A stretch of DNA of 64,000 nt, taken from NCBI RefSeq assembly GCF_001194135.2, contig NC_068981.1, forward strand, positions 125,947,948 to 126,011,947, in the 5' to 3' direction. The stretch is from Octopus bimaculoides (Eukaryota). The position numbers and the translations under genes are program-made. This document shows, one piece after another, positions 26,436-40,147 of the stretch (within the stretch, counting starts at the first letter, position 1; every line of letters starts with the position of its first letter). The notes beneath the pieces were generated by a model. That model was given only the letters and a program-made list of their open reading frames with translations, ran no database searches and was not told the DNA's origin.

Positions 26436-26489
26436 CATCATCATCATCATCGTTTAACGTCCGCTTTCCATGCTAGCATGGGTTGGACG
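26436..26489 (-). mobile_element. 54-bp 5'-truncated RTE-type tail insertion
   Basis: (CAT)n-cgtttaacgtccgctttccatgctagcatgggttggacg, flanked by the direct repeat ATACAT (26430-26435 and 26490-26495). Confidence 0.7.
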
Positions 26490-26703
26490 ATACATGTATA
26501 TTATTGTATATTTATATATATGCATAAATATATGTGTGTATATATTCATATACATAATGATTGAATCTTAGTAACCTCTAAATGAATTAATAGATTTTAT
26601 GTCTGCCAAGGGAAAATATTACTTAGCAACAAATTTTGTCTGATACATGCAAGCATAAAAATGTGAATATTGAAATGACATGTATATATGGTATATATAT
26701 ACA

Positions 26704-26735
<32 letters not shown>

Positions 26736-26744
26736 GAGGAATGA

Positions 26745-27095
26745 CTGTGGTGAAGATGTTTGCTTCACAATCACATGGCTTTGTTTCCATTCCTACTGCA
26801 TGGATGGTACTTGGGCAAGTGTCTTCTACTATAGCCCTGGAGCTAACCAAAACATTGTAATGTATGGGTGTATGTTTGTGTCTTCTTGCCTTGACATCAT
26901 GCGATTGTTGTAAATAAATGGCATTCATTTCCATTATTCTGTGATAACATGTCTGGCAAAGGGTAAATATTACTTTGCTTCGAAACAAGTAAGGGCTGAC
27001 AACAGGGAAGCCATCCAGCCTTGGAATATCTACCTCAATAAATTCCATCTGACCTATACAAGCATGGAAAAGGGGAACAGATATTTAAATGATAA
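26745..27095 (+). mobile_element. Composite SINE (family B-like head plus a distinct body and (ATG)n tail)
   Basis: The body gttgtaaata...aaatattac...gcatggaaaag also occurs at about 63240-63480 (+) and 18125-18365 (-). Confidence 0.65.
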
Positions 27096-27764
27096 TGATA
27101 TATATCTATATATACATACACACACATTATGCATGCGCATACAAACACATTTATATTAAATATCCTATGAAATGAGTTATACCTTAGCACTGTTTGTCTT
27201 CTGAATCTTTTTTCATATATGAGTTGTCTAGCAACAGGAATTTTTTTTTTTTTACATTTCTTGCCACAGTCTAAACCTTTTAGTTCACTTATTTGTTTGC
27301 AATTTCTAACAAATGCACTCTCTTTTCTGGGTTTTATTTCTGTACCACTCTAATACCCTCTAAATTGGTTTGTTTCACTATCTCACTTTTCTCTAATTTG
27401 CACGGATGACTTGGATTAACTTGACTTTCCTAAAGCATATGCAATATCCCTTTATATGTGTTCTTTGCATTAAGCATGGGGAATATCTTTATTTTTTTTT
27501 ATATCTCTATATGGTTGAGTGTAAATATACAGTTGTATATCTTGTGGTATACAATTAATATTAATATGAATCAATGATAACTCTTTGTTATATGTGAATA
27601 TTAACACGCTTGCCATATCTGTCTACATTGTGTAATCTTATTTAAAACATATATACATATATATAATAACACATACAAATATCATTGATGAAAAGACTAA
27701 ATGAATGATAATAGAAATGTCTATCTGAGATGATTATATTTTTGCTCTTTATAAGTAGAATAAG

Positions 27765-27960
27765 TGAAGTAATGGACAAAATGCTTTACAGTATTTAGTT
27801 ATGTTCTTTACATTCTGAGTTCGAATCTGGCCAAGATTAGCTTTGCTTTCTATCCTTCAAGAGTCAAGAAAATAAATAGGAAATAGTAGTTTGCTATCAT
27901 TTTCTGTTTCCTTTCTTGTGCCAATAAAAAAATATATCCTTGTGTCTAAGTTAGAAATTA
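27765..27960 (+). mobile_element. SINE family A (degenerate)
   Basis: ggacaaaatgcttt...ttacattctgagttcgaatc...ctttgctttc. Confidence 0.6.
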
Positions 27961-28869
27961 ATATTTATATAAACTTACATGAAGAAATATAAATTTATAT
28001 TAACTAGTGAAAGTCATAGACCAAGACATAAGTTCCCTGGAAGGAAAAGATAGTGACATGATTTCAATCCCTTATTTCATCTGATTATAATACTGATACC
28101 CATGGTGAATAGTTGAACATCACAGAACCCCATTTCATCTCCCTCCTTAAATACAGAACCTATTTTTGCTTCATCAAAAGAATTTAATATTTATACTATG
28201 TTATATGAGATTAGAGCATTGGATTAACTTAGCAACAGTGTTTAGTCTTATCACCCTACATCTTCAGATTCTACAGTCTTTTATCTTTTTGGAGCCAATA
28301 ATGTAAGTAAATAGTGCTGTACTGGGTCACCTTAATCAGCTTTACTTTATTTCCCTTGCACCAGTCAGGAATAAATAAATAAATATACATGCATACATAC
28401 ATACATACATACATACATACATACACTTGGGAATGTGTGATTAAGAAGTTGGTTTCACAACCACAAGGATTGATCTCCATAATAGAACGCATTTGGCAAA
28501 TGTTTTCTACCATAGATTTGATTTGACCCATGTTTTGTGAGTGAAAGTTGCCAGACTGAAATTGTATGCACACATACATATGATATTACTTCCTGGAAAC
28601 CTCACAGGCTGTCAATGAACAGTTAGCTTCTGTGTATTTTACTTTTCTATATGTCTGTGTTTGTGTATATATTAACAAAGGATTACTGATAGATAAGCAC
28701 ATCAAAACAAAAATACTTTGTTATATTTATTGCATGCATCTTACATCCCTTAATGCAAGGGAGGATTTAGCCACTTGATTTCCATGCTGGCATGGGTTAG
28801 ACAAGCTGTTACTTCATGTAACAATATGTCCAATCCATATCAGCATGGAAAAGCAGTTGTAAAATGATA

Positions 28870-29180
28870 AACTGGCACTCTGTCAGTTACAATGACAAGG
28901 GTTCCAGTTGATCCAAGCAACAGAGCAGCCTGCTTGTGAAATTAATGTGTGAGTGGCAGAGCATTCCACAGATACATGTACCCTTAATAAAGTTCTCAGA
29001 GAGATTCAGCATGACACAGAATGTGAAATACAGGTAAAACTCATTTTTGCCAGTTGAGTGGACTGGAGCAATGTGAAATAAAGTGTCTTGCTCAAGGACA
29101 CAACGCATTGCCAGGAAGCAAACTCATAACCTTAAAAGCTTGAACCAAGCACCCTAACAACTTAGCCACATACCTTCACA
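28870..29180 (-). mobile_element. tRNA-head SINE with a V/Meta-type central domain
   Basis: Minus strand reads tggctaagttgttagggtg...gtgtccttgagcaagacactttatttcacattgctccagtccactcaactgg; GTGTCCTTGRGCAAGRCAC is a hallmark of V/Meta SINE cores. Confidence 0.65.
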
Positions 29181-29244
29181 GAAAAAGTGATAATAATGAC
29201 AATGATAATCCTCAAAAACAATTAGCAAATACTAAATGTATCAA

Positions 29245-29330
29245 ACATTAATTAAAAATATTTAAGCATGTACATTAAATTATATATACATTAATTAAAA
29301 ATAGTTAAGCATGTACATTAAATCATATAT
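29245..29330. repeat. Tandem duplication of about 43 bp
   Basis: acattaattaaaa(a)ta(t/g)ttaagcatgtacattaaat occurs twice, head to tail. Confidence 0.85.
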
Positions 29331-30439
29331 TTTAAATTAATATAATGCATATGTGAATATGTGTAAAGAGTTTTATGTAGATGAAGGGATAAAAAGCAAG
29401 TGTAAACATTGTGGATATTTGTTCAGAAGTTCCAGGCATTGAAGATTATCTATTTTTAATTTATTATTGCTATCATAAGTCATTAACCCTGTTTTGAAGC
29501 ACATATATATTTTATGCTTCTCTGGAAAATGAATGTATTTATATTGTTTCTTTTCTTACTACTGTTAATTATTTGAATTCTTCGTACAAGGAATAAGCTG
29601 GTTTCTAACAAAGAAACAATGCTTTATCGTTGGAATTTGAATAACCACAATGTTAAGTGTTACCTGTCGATCTTCAGAAAAGTTTTGCATGTTTATTGTT
29701 ACACTTATAGATTGTATTTGTGAAGTGTGAACTAGGTGATTACTTAACATAGCTAAGTGGACCACAAATTATGGGCATAAATATGAATTTATAATCAAAG
29801 AGAAACTGTAGGTTTTGAAGCAACTGTCCGTAGATAAACTCCCCACTGGAAGAAATGTACACATCTGTAAAGCAGCTGATCTGTATGACTGCTCACAATA
29901 TTTCCTTCTTGTTCCAAACAATTATATCATGCTCCTTATATTTGCAATTGGCAGAAATTTTGCTTGAAATGTCCTACAAATATGACTTATATTAACTGAT
30001 ATGCATATTCAATAACTGGAGAATAGTCATTATTTATTTCAGTGACATCTTACAGATAGCATTGTATGTTTGTTTAGCAACAATATCATGTTGCAATGGG
30101 AGGTAGTGCCTTGATGACATTTTGGGGCAACTGCTGATTCCCAGACAATGTCATCCATGGAACTGTGACATAACTGACATTTTCAATTGCATCTTGAAAG
30201 TTTAAATGTTCACTGTCTCTTTTATTCCTGAGATTGTATTTTTTCATAGCTATCTCCTGATCTTGAATTACAAAAGCATAACTTTTGAAATTTGACATGA
30301 TGTAATGATCACAAATGCAACAGACTACATTTCATGTTAATTATAATCATTGTTCTCAAGTTTATTGGAAACACTTTTTTCTTAAAGTTGTTTCAGCAAT
30401 TGGGTATACTAGGGTATCATTGTGAAGGGTTTTACTTGA

Positions 30440-30740
30440 ACAAACTGACCTCTAATACATTTTTTTTTAATCTAGTACTTATTCTATCAGTTTCTTTTGC
30501 CAAACTGCTAAGTTACAAAGATGTAAACCAGCTATCACTGGTTGTGAAGTGCTGTGGCAGGAGAGAGGTCAACACACACACATGATCTGTTTCAGTTTCT
30601 GTTTACCAAATTCCCTCCCAAGTTATTGGCCAGCCTAGGGCTATAGTAGAAGACTCTTGCCCAAGGTACCATGCAGTGGAACTGAACCCAAAATCACATG
30701 GTTGCAAAGTGAGCTTCTTGACCATGCAGCCTTGCCTAAC
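30440..30740 (-). mobile_element. SINE family B
   Basis: Reverse complement head (gtggaactgaaccc...accatgcagcc) and 3' body (gtacttattctatc...ttttgccaaactgctaagttac). Confidence 0.75.
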
Positions 30741-30769
30741 TTTTTGTAGTATACAGAGTGTTCCTCTTC

Positions 30770-31200
30770 CAGATATTTGTTGTGGTATGTAATTCTGGGT
30801 TCATATAGGAGATCATCAAATGAGTACTTCTTGAGGAGCGTACTCCTGACTTTCCACTCCCTCTTTTCTTCTGGGAGCGAGCTTGTGAACATCATGTTTT
30901 GTGGAAGTTTGCAGTTGATGTCAGGACTTTGCAGGTTTTAATATCTATGGAGCAAATTTCCTCTGTAGACTAGATAAGTATCTCAAAAGTTGGCACCAAC
31001 AATTGTATTGCAAATGTATTGTGTGATATTATCTTCCCTTTAACCCCATGACAATGGTTTTTTTATCAGGCAACCAAGTTGCACTGACAGTAATCATCTT
31101 GGCTGAGATCAGCAATTAGCACACAACAACAGTTTGGCATATATTTATGTCAACCACTTTAAAGCATGCACTGTTTATTTATGTAAGTTGTCACCAATGC
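30770..31200 (-). mobile_element. Highly decayed LINE APE-endonuclease remnant
   Basis: Minus-strand fragments IYAK (vs VYAP), IVMG and MMFTSSLPEEKREWKVRS....FDDLLY (vs ITNTFF..K..RKWTW.S....IDYIL). Weak match. Confidence 0.3.
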
Positions 31201-32273
31201 GAGGACTGTAAATTCAATGAAACTGGCATAGCTAGATGCGGCTGTAAATTCCATGAAAGACCAGAAGAATTTGCTGAATATGTACAAATTTGATAGGAAG
31301 TCACTGTGGAAATGGTGGTGTAACTGCCAAAACTGCTGCTTTTATGCTATTATGGTGATGAAGTCTTGAACTGAGTTGGAAATATTTACATGAAGAGTCT
31401 AACAAAGCTATCAGATTCCTTGAAATTTTCACAGTGGCCTCTATTATTGGTTCCATGAGTGATAGAGGATATTTATATCAACCAGTTCACAAACGGGTAC
31501 AAAACCGCAGCAGATAGGGTTGCGTATATTTTCATTATCTGATTCAAAGCAAGTACACGGTGGACATACATTTACATCAACTGATGTTATGGGGTTAAAG
31601 AAAAGCTCTTCCTGCCATATATCATTATCATCATCATCATCATTTAACATCTATTTTCCATGGTGGCATGGGTTGGAGAGTTTGACAGGAGCTGGTAAGT
31701 CAGAAGGCTGCATTAGACTCCAGTCGTCTTGTTTTGGCATGGTTTGTATGGCTGGATGTCCTTCCTAATGCCAACCATTTTACAAAGTGTATGTGCTCTG
31801 TATGTATGTTTGTGTGTGTATATTACCTATTCAATGTTTTATGGGAATTGGGACACCCAATAAATTTTATTGTGCAGTCTTCTTAAACTATACATTTATG
31901 TAGTGTCTATGCATTGAAGGTAATGTGAGTAGAAAAGAGAGATAAAAACACCCATCATACATAAATAAGATTATGATAAAAGTAGTTTAGTCAAATACTT
32001 ATTTTATGATTGTCGAAAAACAAAAGAAGAAAAAGGAAAAAGACATTTATTCTAACAAGTTTACAAATACGAAAAATTGCTCAAATTTCCAGCATGCTGA
32101 AGCAGGGAAAACATATACACCCTCACATGCATAAACATGCATGCATGCATACATACATACATACATACATACATACATACATACATACATACATACATAC
32201 ATGTATGTATTTATTGTCTGAAGACCCTGTGTGAAACTCAGTGTAACAAAAAACTGATTCAATTGAAATAAAG

Positions 32274-32306
<33 letters not shown>

Positions 32307-32308
<2 letters not shown>

Positions 32309-32490
32309 AGACTTCACAAAAAACAAAAGATGAAGACAGGTGGTGTAGACAACAAGCAGATGTATTAGTTTAACATTCAGGAAGTGAAAAAGTCTTTAAC
32401 GTTTCGAGCCTATGCTCTTCCACAGAAAGGAACACAGAAAAAACCAGGAAGAAAAAATAAAGAATGTGTAGTGGCTAGTGATCTATCATG
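32307..32490 (-). mobile_element. Second copy of the short (TA)n-flanked Penelope-like element
   Basis: Reverse complement reads CTTT-CTGTGGA-A-GAGC(ATAG)GCTC-GAAA-CG-TT-AAAG and shares the downstream ...tacaccacctgtc... sequence with the 12560 copy. Confidence 0.6.
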
Positions 32491-32494
32491 TGTG

Positions 32495-32526
<32 letters not shown>

Positions 32527-33544
32527 TATCTATGTGTACAAATAAAAGGAAAGGACACTCAATACATGTCATGTGCTTTAAATATTTGTAATGACAGTTT
32601 GACTGGAAAATGCATTACTTAAGGTTTCACATATAAGAAAAAACATCATACCTAATCATTTGGGTACTACTGAGATAAGCTTCTCAATAATCAGATGCCT
32701 TTTTCTTATGTGTTTGTAAAACTTTTTGCAAAAACTTAAAGTAGTGCATCTATTAGCCAATCTATTAACACAAGCATAAATATATAAAGATATAAACTCA
32801 CTCTCAATACACACACACACATATTACAAAAAAGAGAGATGAGTTGGACAGGAATGCTTTACTGAGAACAGTCAGCACCAGAGAGCAAAGACCATTATAG
32901 TAGCAATAGCAAAAACAAAGAAAGGAGGAAATGGTGCAACTAGGCCAGAGGCTGGATTGTGTGTGTGTGAGTGACATTATGCTAATCAGAGAAGACACCT
33001 AGCTCTCCCTCTTTTAAGTTGAACTACCATTTATTTTATTAATGATAGATTCATAAAAGACTGAGTTACTTTAAGGCAGTATTTTAAATGACAGCAATGT
33101 GAACATAAAACTTGTAATATCAAATTGCAAATATCACTTCTCGTCCTTCAGCTCCTCAGTATCTCTTTCTTTCCCTTTTTCTCTCTCATTTTCTCTCTCC
33201 CTCAACTACACATATTCACAAATACACACAAACATATATATATACAATTTTTATGACTTAGAGCTATTACTGACATAGACATGGTAATCATTAACCAATT
33301 TTAAAATTAATGTATGTACAAGCGACACATTAACAGGTTCAAAAACTATTTTCTAACAGGTCAATAACCATTGATAATGTTCTTCAGCTCAAATAACATT
33401 TCAAAATTTTAAATAAGCGTATTAAACATGTATAAATTAGCTTGCAAAAATAGTCAACAGAATTAACTTTCCTTTTCATCTTTCCCTGGGTCTGTAAAAT
33501 TAAATTTTTGTGAAGTACTGAGCTGATTTTATCTCTTATCTTTT

Positions 33545-34045
33545 ATTTGTTTCAGTCATTGGACTGTGGCCATGCTGGCATACCCACTTAAAGGGTTTAG
33601 TCAAACAAATTGAATCCAGTACTTCTGTTTTTTTTTGTTTTTTTTTTTAAATCTGGTACTTATTTTATTGGTCTTTTTTGCTGAACAGTTAAGTTACAGG
33701 GGTGTAAACAAACCAACATTGGTCGTCAAGTAGTGAAGAAACAAGTGCTAGCCTAAAGACTAACACACAAACATACACATATGTCTTTTATCTTTTACTC
33801 ATTTCAGTCCTTGAACTGCATCCATGCTGGTGCACACCTTGAAGAGTTTAGTCAAACAAATCAACTCCAGTAATTTTTTTTTAAGCCTGGTATTTATTTT
33901 GTCAGCCTCTTTTTGCCAAGTCACAAAGTTACGAGAACATAAAGAGAACAACACTAGTTGTCAAGTGGTGCTGGGAGACAAGCACAGAAAAGACAACTTG
34001 GAACCATGTGGCTCAGAATCAAACTTCTTACCACACAGCCATGCC
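33545..34045 (-). mobile_element. Two tandem SINE family B fragments
   Basis: Both begin tttcagtc...ggccatgctgg on the + strand (33545 and 33795); the second continues into the head remnant ttcttaccacacagccatgcct. Confidence 0.7.
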
Positions 34046-35071
34046 TACACTTATATCATGATAATATTATCTGAGTAAGACAAATTTGTCATAAAAATAC
34101 ACTTCAATGGAAATCAAATAAATTGAGTAAATATATCTAATGTCCAAAGCTTTAGCACATACATATTTAGTAGGATCAGTACATATTGCCAAAATTTATT
34201 TGTTGACAATAAAATTAGAGGCTATTTAATCAATATTTTAGTTTACAATATGTAGTCTAGAACTGTTTATTGAATAGTAGTAGTGTATTATGAAGAGGAC
34301 CTGAAACATTTTTGCTATGACTATTAACATAGGCAAAACTGTTTCTCAGTGCAAAACAAATGTCATCAACACCACATGTCTTAGGTCTAATATTGTTAAG
34401 GCTGGATATTTTAATGTCTAGAATAAAGTGCACACAGGGAAAGCAACAACCACCTATGGAGGGTCAGATGTTATTGTTTAGAACAGTCAAAAATTGTCCA
34501 CCTCTGATTAAAAAAAGCGTGTATATGCATATGAATATATGTGTATATGTATGTGTGTGTACATAAGTGAGGAAGAAACTAGACTATTCAAATAAAAAAT
34601 TATATAAAGTTACTTATTCAAGTATGCTCTGAAGAAAAGCAGCACGAAATACTCATAATTTCTACTTCAGCATTAAGTAAATGCTTTTTCTTTTAAATTC
34701 AAGCAAATTTCAAAATTTCTAAAATTTTTCAGTCTTTGACAATATAACTAAGTGATGTTAAAAGAAATAATCAGAAAAAAATGTAGATCTTATTTATTTA
34801 TTTATTGTATATAATTGTATACTCATACTTTTCAAGAAACTTATAACTTAGTACTAAAATATGTTATAATTTTCAAGATTTCAAATTTTATATTATAAGT
34901 TTAATCAGTTATAATTCTTCTCTCAATGTAGGGTTGTTCTTTTATTTCTTCTATATTTTCATATTTTCCAAATTAAATCTGTAAAGCTTGTGTTGGTAAA
35001 CAATACAAACTAAATTTTCATTGTTGGGGTTTTTGAAAACATTCCTGAATTTGTCACCAACTTCCTTGTAG

Positions 35072-35181
35072 AATATTTTCCTACCTTTGAATCTCCAAGA
35101 TTTACCAACACTTCATCTGATGGCCTTATATCAGTCTGGAACAAAGTTATGAACTGCCTTCAATGTAGTCAGTCAGAGAGG
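35072..35181 (+). CDS. Candidate cassette exon in the KCNT intron (phase 1 to 0), EYFPTFESPRFTNTSSDGLISVWNKVMNCLQCSQSER
   Basis: Acceptor cttccttgtag| and consensus donor AGG|gtaagt. Only the phase-1 frame is open, and GC is higher than in the upstream flank. No homology support. Confidence 0.3.
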
Positions 35182-36261
35182 GTAAGTGGAGTAGTTTGCA
35201 TGAATAATAGACATATTAGGATGCAAATCTTGCCAGATGCCTTTAAGATGTGCACACTGCACAAATTAGAAATTTCATCTATTTTAATGCTGCATTGCCT
35301 ACAGTAGGTCAACTAGAATGCCAAAGTAGAAAATGTCATGCTGTTCTTCATTTCTTCTTTCAATAATAAAAATTATTCTGTAAGTCGCATTACTCATTTT
35401 AAAAACTAAAATAGATTTTAGAATGAAATTAATATATGATCTTTGCTAAATTTGCAAATGAAAGGAATAATTAATTCATTTAAATGCCTGTATTTCATGT
35501 AAAGAATAACAAGTAGCTAGTAAATTACATTCTTAAACCTTTTAATACTTTCAAGATCAGAAAGTGAAATGCTACTTTAATTTTGCTTTAAATATAAATT
35601 TCTGAAATATAGACATGCTTACTATTTTAGATGGACATATGGGGAATTTATCAAGTTCCTCATGGTTTGCAAAAGTTACTTCCAATTGATAGGGTGCTCC
35701 ATTCAACAGTTATATTGGTTTTCAGATTAATATTAAACAAACTAATACTATATTAAGCTGTTTTTATTATATCGGTCTTTCTGTTTAAATTCTTTCTTTT
35801 TTTTATTGCTATTAACAGTAAGGACATTTAACTTATGTTTTGATGAAGGCTTAACATATTAAGCCTTTCCATTACTGTTTCAAATATTTGTTGTACTAAC
35901 ATGGGATGGAAACAATTCTTAAAGATAGAGCTTTCAGCTTGGTTTTGATTTCAGAATGAACTGGTTTTAATTACTGCTTTTGTGGGAAAATTTAATTTTC
36001 ATAATGTTCCTTTATTTCTTTCACAATATTATTTGAAAACAATTATTCTGGATATATTGAATTCATTGTATTTTGCAGTTGGACACTTTTTGTAGGAACT
36101 GATATCCAGCTAAGATACATAGCATAACTAATAAAGAACAGACTAGAGAAACAAATTCAATTGATGCATCTGGACATATATGAGTTGCTTAAAAAAAAGC
36201 ATACAATCTCATTTGTATCAAGTGTCAATGTGTAGCATAGAACAGGAACAATCATTATTAA

Positions 36262-36487
36262 GGCAGCAAGCTGGCAGAATTCTTAGTACATCAAACAAAA
36301 TGTTTAGTGGCATTTCTTTCAGTTTTATGTTCTGAGTTTAATTTCCACCCAGGTTGACTTTGCTTTTCATCATTTCAGAGTCAGTGAAATAAGTACTGGT
36401 CCAACACTGGGGTTGATGTAATCAACTAGTCTCCCTCCTGCAAAATTTCCAGCTTTGTGCTTATAATAGAAAGGAGTATTATTATTA
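36262..36487 (+). mobile_element. SINE family A
   Basis: ggcagcaagctggcagaatt...gttctgagtttaatt...ggggttgatgtaatcaactag...(ATT)n. Confidence 0.85.
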
Positions 36488-39400
36488 TGTAGGTCATCTT
36501 CATACAAGTCTTCCACTGGTGTCTCTAGCCATCTCAATTCTCCATAAAATTAAGGATTTTCAGTAAGCTTTTCATCCATTGTTAGGTTTTACACTGTTAT
36601 TTAAAAACATGCAATACACAACTATTTATAGCCCTGCTCTACCCTTTTTAGACATAAGCCCTTGTCTGCCCTCAAATGACACACAATAAGAACCCAAGCA
36701 CAAGCAGCACCCATAGTTTTTGTTTGGAATGACTTCCTACTAGATAGATTACCAGCTATGCCAGTCTCATCTGCTCTTGCTATTTGCAAAAGCAGATGAG
36801 ATTTTTGCGAGAGGGAGACTAGTTGATTATGTCTACCCCAGTGTTAAGACTGTAGTTGAGTGAAACCAGAGTATGTCCACACACTGATGGACCATGATCC
36901 CTTACAGTTTAATGTAGAACTGCGAGGTATACACTTACTGTGTATGATCACAAGATACCACAGAAGTCATGGTAGTAGAGTGGCCAAATATTAGCAGGAG
37001 ACTTAGACATTCAACTCCTTTTTTTATCCCCTACAAAAATGGCTAGGAAATTGCAGTAACTGAAAGCAAAATGTTGAAAACAGGAGCAGCATGCACTAAC
37101 TGTTAGCACTACTAACCTAATACTACTTCACAAATGTTTTGTATTCATCCTATGTACAAACACAAGCATAAACAAATTCAAAATTAACAGTAAGAATGGA
37201 AAAGATGCTGGAATGGCAAAATGACAGAACACCAGATCAAATGTAATGTACTTGTCTCCTAATCCCTGAGAAGTTTTCAAGGGTCAGAACTTAGAGCTTC
37301 AGGACATAAAGCAGATCAGAAATAAATCTACCTTTGTTAGAATCCTTGCATATTTCAGAAAACATTTCCAATAGATCTGTTGCCTATTTTTAACTACTGT
37401 GAACTGAAATATGTAAAATTAAGAAATATTTGTAATATCTCTGCAATGGATTGAATTCCTGCATGATAAATATCATATCTACTTGGAATATAATATTTAT
37501 CACACAGGAGCCCAATATCACATCTCCTTGGCCAGTAATATTTAATGCTGGCATGAATTGTCTACACCTGAAATATACAAAATCTCCATATATATTGATG
37601 CTGTGTCTTAAATCAGATTGAACACTTTTCATCTGCCTCCTAAAAGTTCTTCAGTTTATTTCCACTATTAGTAGCTTTTATTGTTAAGTTATTAACTTAC
37701 AGTATATTCTCCATTCAAATTTAAAACTCTTTTATTGAAAAAATGTTCTAAAAAATAATTCATCTTACAGAAAAAGAGAAGTGATACAAGCTTGTGCCAA
37801 TATTTCCTATACACATCGGCCTGTAGAGGTTTAAGCCTAACATCAACGGTAAAAATGTCTGCCTATATATTTTTTTTAACATGAGCAAAGATTTTGAGTA
37901 TAATACTGATTAGTACTTATTCTGTCAGCCTTGATAGGATTTGAATACAGAATATAAAGGCATTTAATAAGTATTTCATGGTATTTTGTTCAGTGCTCTA
38001 CTGATTCTGATTTCCACCACCCTTTATTAGACAAAATTGACTCGAGTATATATATAAAGAGCTACAGTTAAATACTGTAAGATATTTTGTCTGTTTATCT
38101 CATGTTTCTGCAGTCCTTCACATTCCTTTTATTAACTATTAAAAAGGAAAAAAATGTCATTTGTTGTTCTTTATTCAAAATGCAGTAAGTGAGTCCTTTG
38201 TACTTCATCTTTGAAAAATAAATAGCAACTTGTGTTGTTCAGTCACATATATCTTCTCTGATAAAAAATCTTGTGCTAAATAAATAAATGTCATCAACAC
38301 CAGTTGCAGCATCCTCACTACAATCATTATTATTAATTAATAATGCCATCCCCTTCCTGCTGGCAAACTGACCTAACAGCAAATTAACTTGAGATTAACT
38401 TGCAATGGGTCCCTCAACTTTTTGCTACTTACACCTGGTGATTGTCATGCATTTTTAGAAGAAAACTTTAATCTACTTATACGATATGCTAGAAATCATT
38501 GCCAAATAACACTCTGTTGTCTTGCAAAATGAAGGACCCCTAAGTAATCTTAAATATGCAAAAAGGTAGTGGGGACAAGACTGGACTGCCTTTGATCAAA
38601 AGTTATCTCCATGAATGCTGACCTGGGACAGCATGTTTACTATATAGACAGTAACAAGATGACTATAAGTCATTAAAATAGGCCACAGGCATCATTGCAA
38701 GATGATAGAAAACAATGAGTGGAAGAAATTAGGATTTTAATTCTGCAGTAACTAGTATTATTAGAATGGAAATGAATGGATAATGATGATTGTTTTGTTA
38801 ATCAGTGTGAATACAAATATAATTTATTAGAATTACAAGATTCAATAAACTGAACAAAGTTTAGCAACAATTTGCTATTTGGTAGCTTGGGGTATTTTAT
38901 CAGTGAAAAACAATTGTTAAATATCACCTTTTGGTATAATAACTGTTTATGACATTTAATATATAATAAACAATAACATTGAAAGAAACTAATGATAATG
39001 AGCATCAAAAATTAGGAAGGAGCATAAATACCTCAAAGGTAGAATAAATTGTTTTGCTGTAAAAAAGAGAAAAGGTTATATTATGACATTTAATAGGTGC
39101 ATTATTAGTAGATATTTTTCAGGGTCAATAAAATAACTATCAATCAATACTAGAATCAATTTTAATTGACAATATCCTTTCCCTAAAATCTGTGACCTTT
39201 TGTTTAAGTTAGAAATCATCATTAGCAGATATGGTTAAAACAACATTTTGGCAAGATAAAAAATAAATCTTAATTCAGTGAATTAATTGGTAAAATTATT
39301 TATAAACACATTTGATATTTCATAAAATTAGGATAAATAGTATTTTGGGTTGATTTCTGTTTTTTTTATCGAAATTTGCACTTTCTGTTTTTCTATTCAT

Positions 39401-39815
39401 ATATCTACTTTTCTGGCTGTTCTGCTCTCTCTCTCTCTCTACTAACTGTCATATTACATATTAAATCAATATCAAATCAAATATTTTAGAAATTGATCTG
39501 AAAATAGCTACAAAATAATGATATCTTCTTGCATTATAAACTAAACTTTTATCACCTTTAACAAAACTGTATTATACTTTATTTTGGTCGCTGCTTCTTT
39601 AATCAGTAGTAGCTGTTGTTTGTTGTATGTGAGTATTTTCATTTATCTTGTTCTGGTTTTATTTATTTTCATAAGCTTCTGCTAGTACTTGCTATGTATG
39701 TTTTTATGCAGATAATAATCCTAGATTTTTTTTCCACAAGTAACAGACCAGATAAAATCTCAATTAAACTGAACTCAGTTTAAAGTTGAAACCATTAAAA
39801 ATGTTTGACTTTTAG

Positions 39816-39845
39816 GCTGCTGTTGCTGAGCACTGTGGAGTAGTG
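39816..39845 (+). CDS. Candidate 30-nt frame-preserving microexon (AAVAEHCGVV, phase 0 to 0)
   Basis: Acceptor gtttgacttttag| and consensus donor GTG|gtaagt, 30 nt, GC-richer than flanks. No homology support. Confidence 0.35.
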
Positions 39846-40083
39846 GTAAGTCATGAGTTAACTGAGTTCTTGACTCAGTTTTGATTATAAATTGAGCTTT
39901 TTCCTTTCAGTAATAATAATGATCTTTGCAAAAAGTATAAAATTTTCAAATTCTCTTTGCTTTATTGACTTGCAAATAGTTAATCAGATGTTTATATGAT
40001 ACATAATGATAACTGAGAAAAGCCAAAGAAAAGAGGTGGAACTTTGATGTGTGAAACAAAGTAATTCACATGCATGAGAAAAG

Positions 40084-40135
<52 letters not shown>

Positions 40136-40147
40136 GGAGAGAAAGAG

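Noticed and set aside
30086-30298. 70-aa minus-strand ORF (MSNFKSYAF...PPIAT)
   Set aside because: No recognisable domain or splice context, and the length is within chance expectation.
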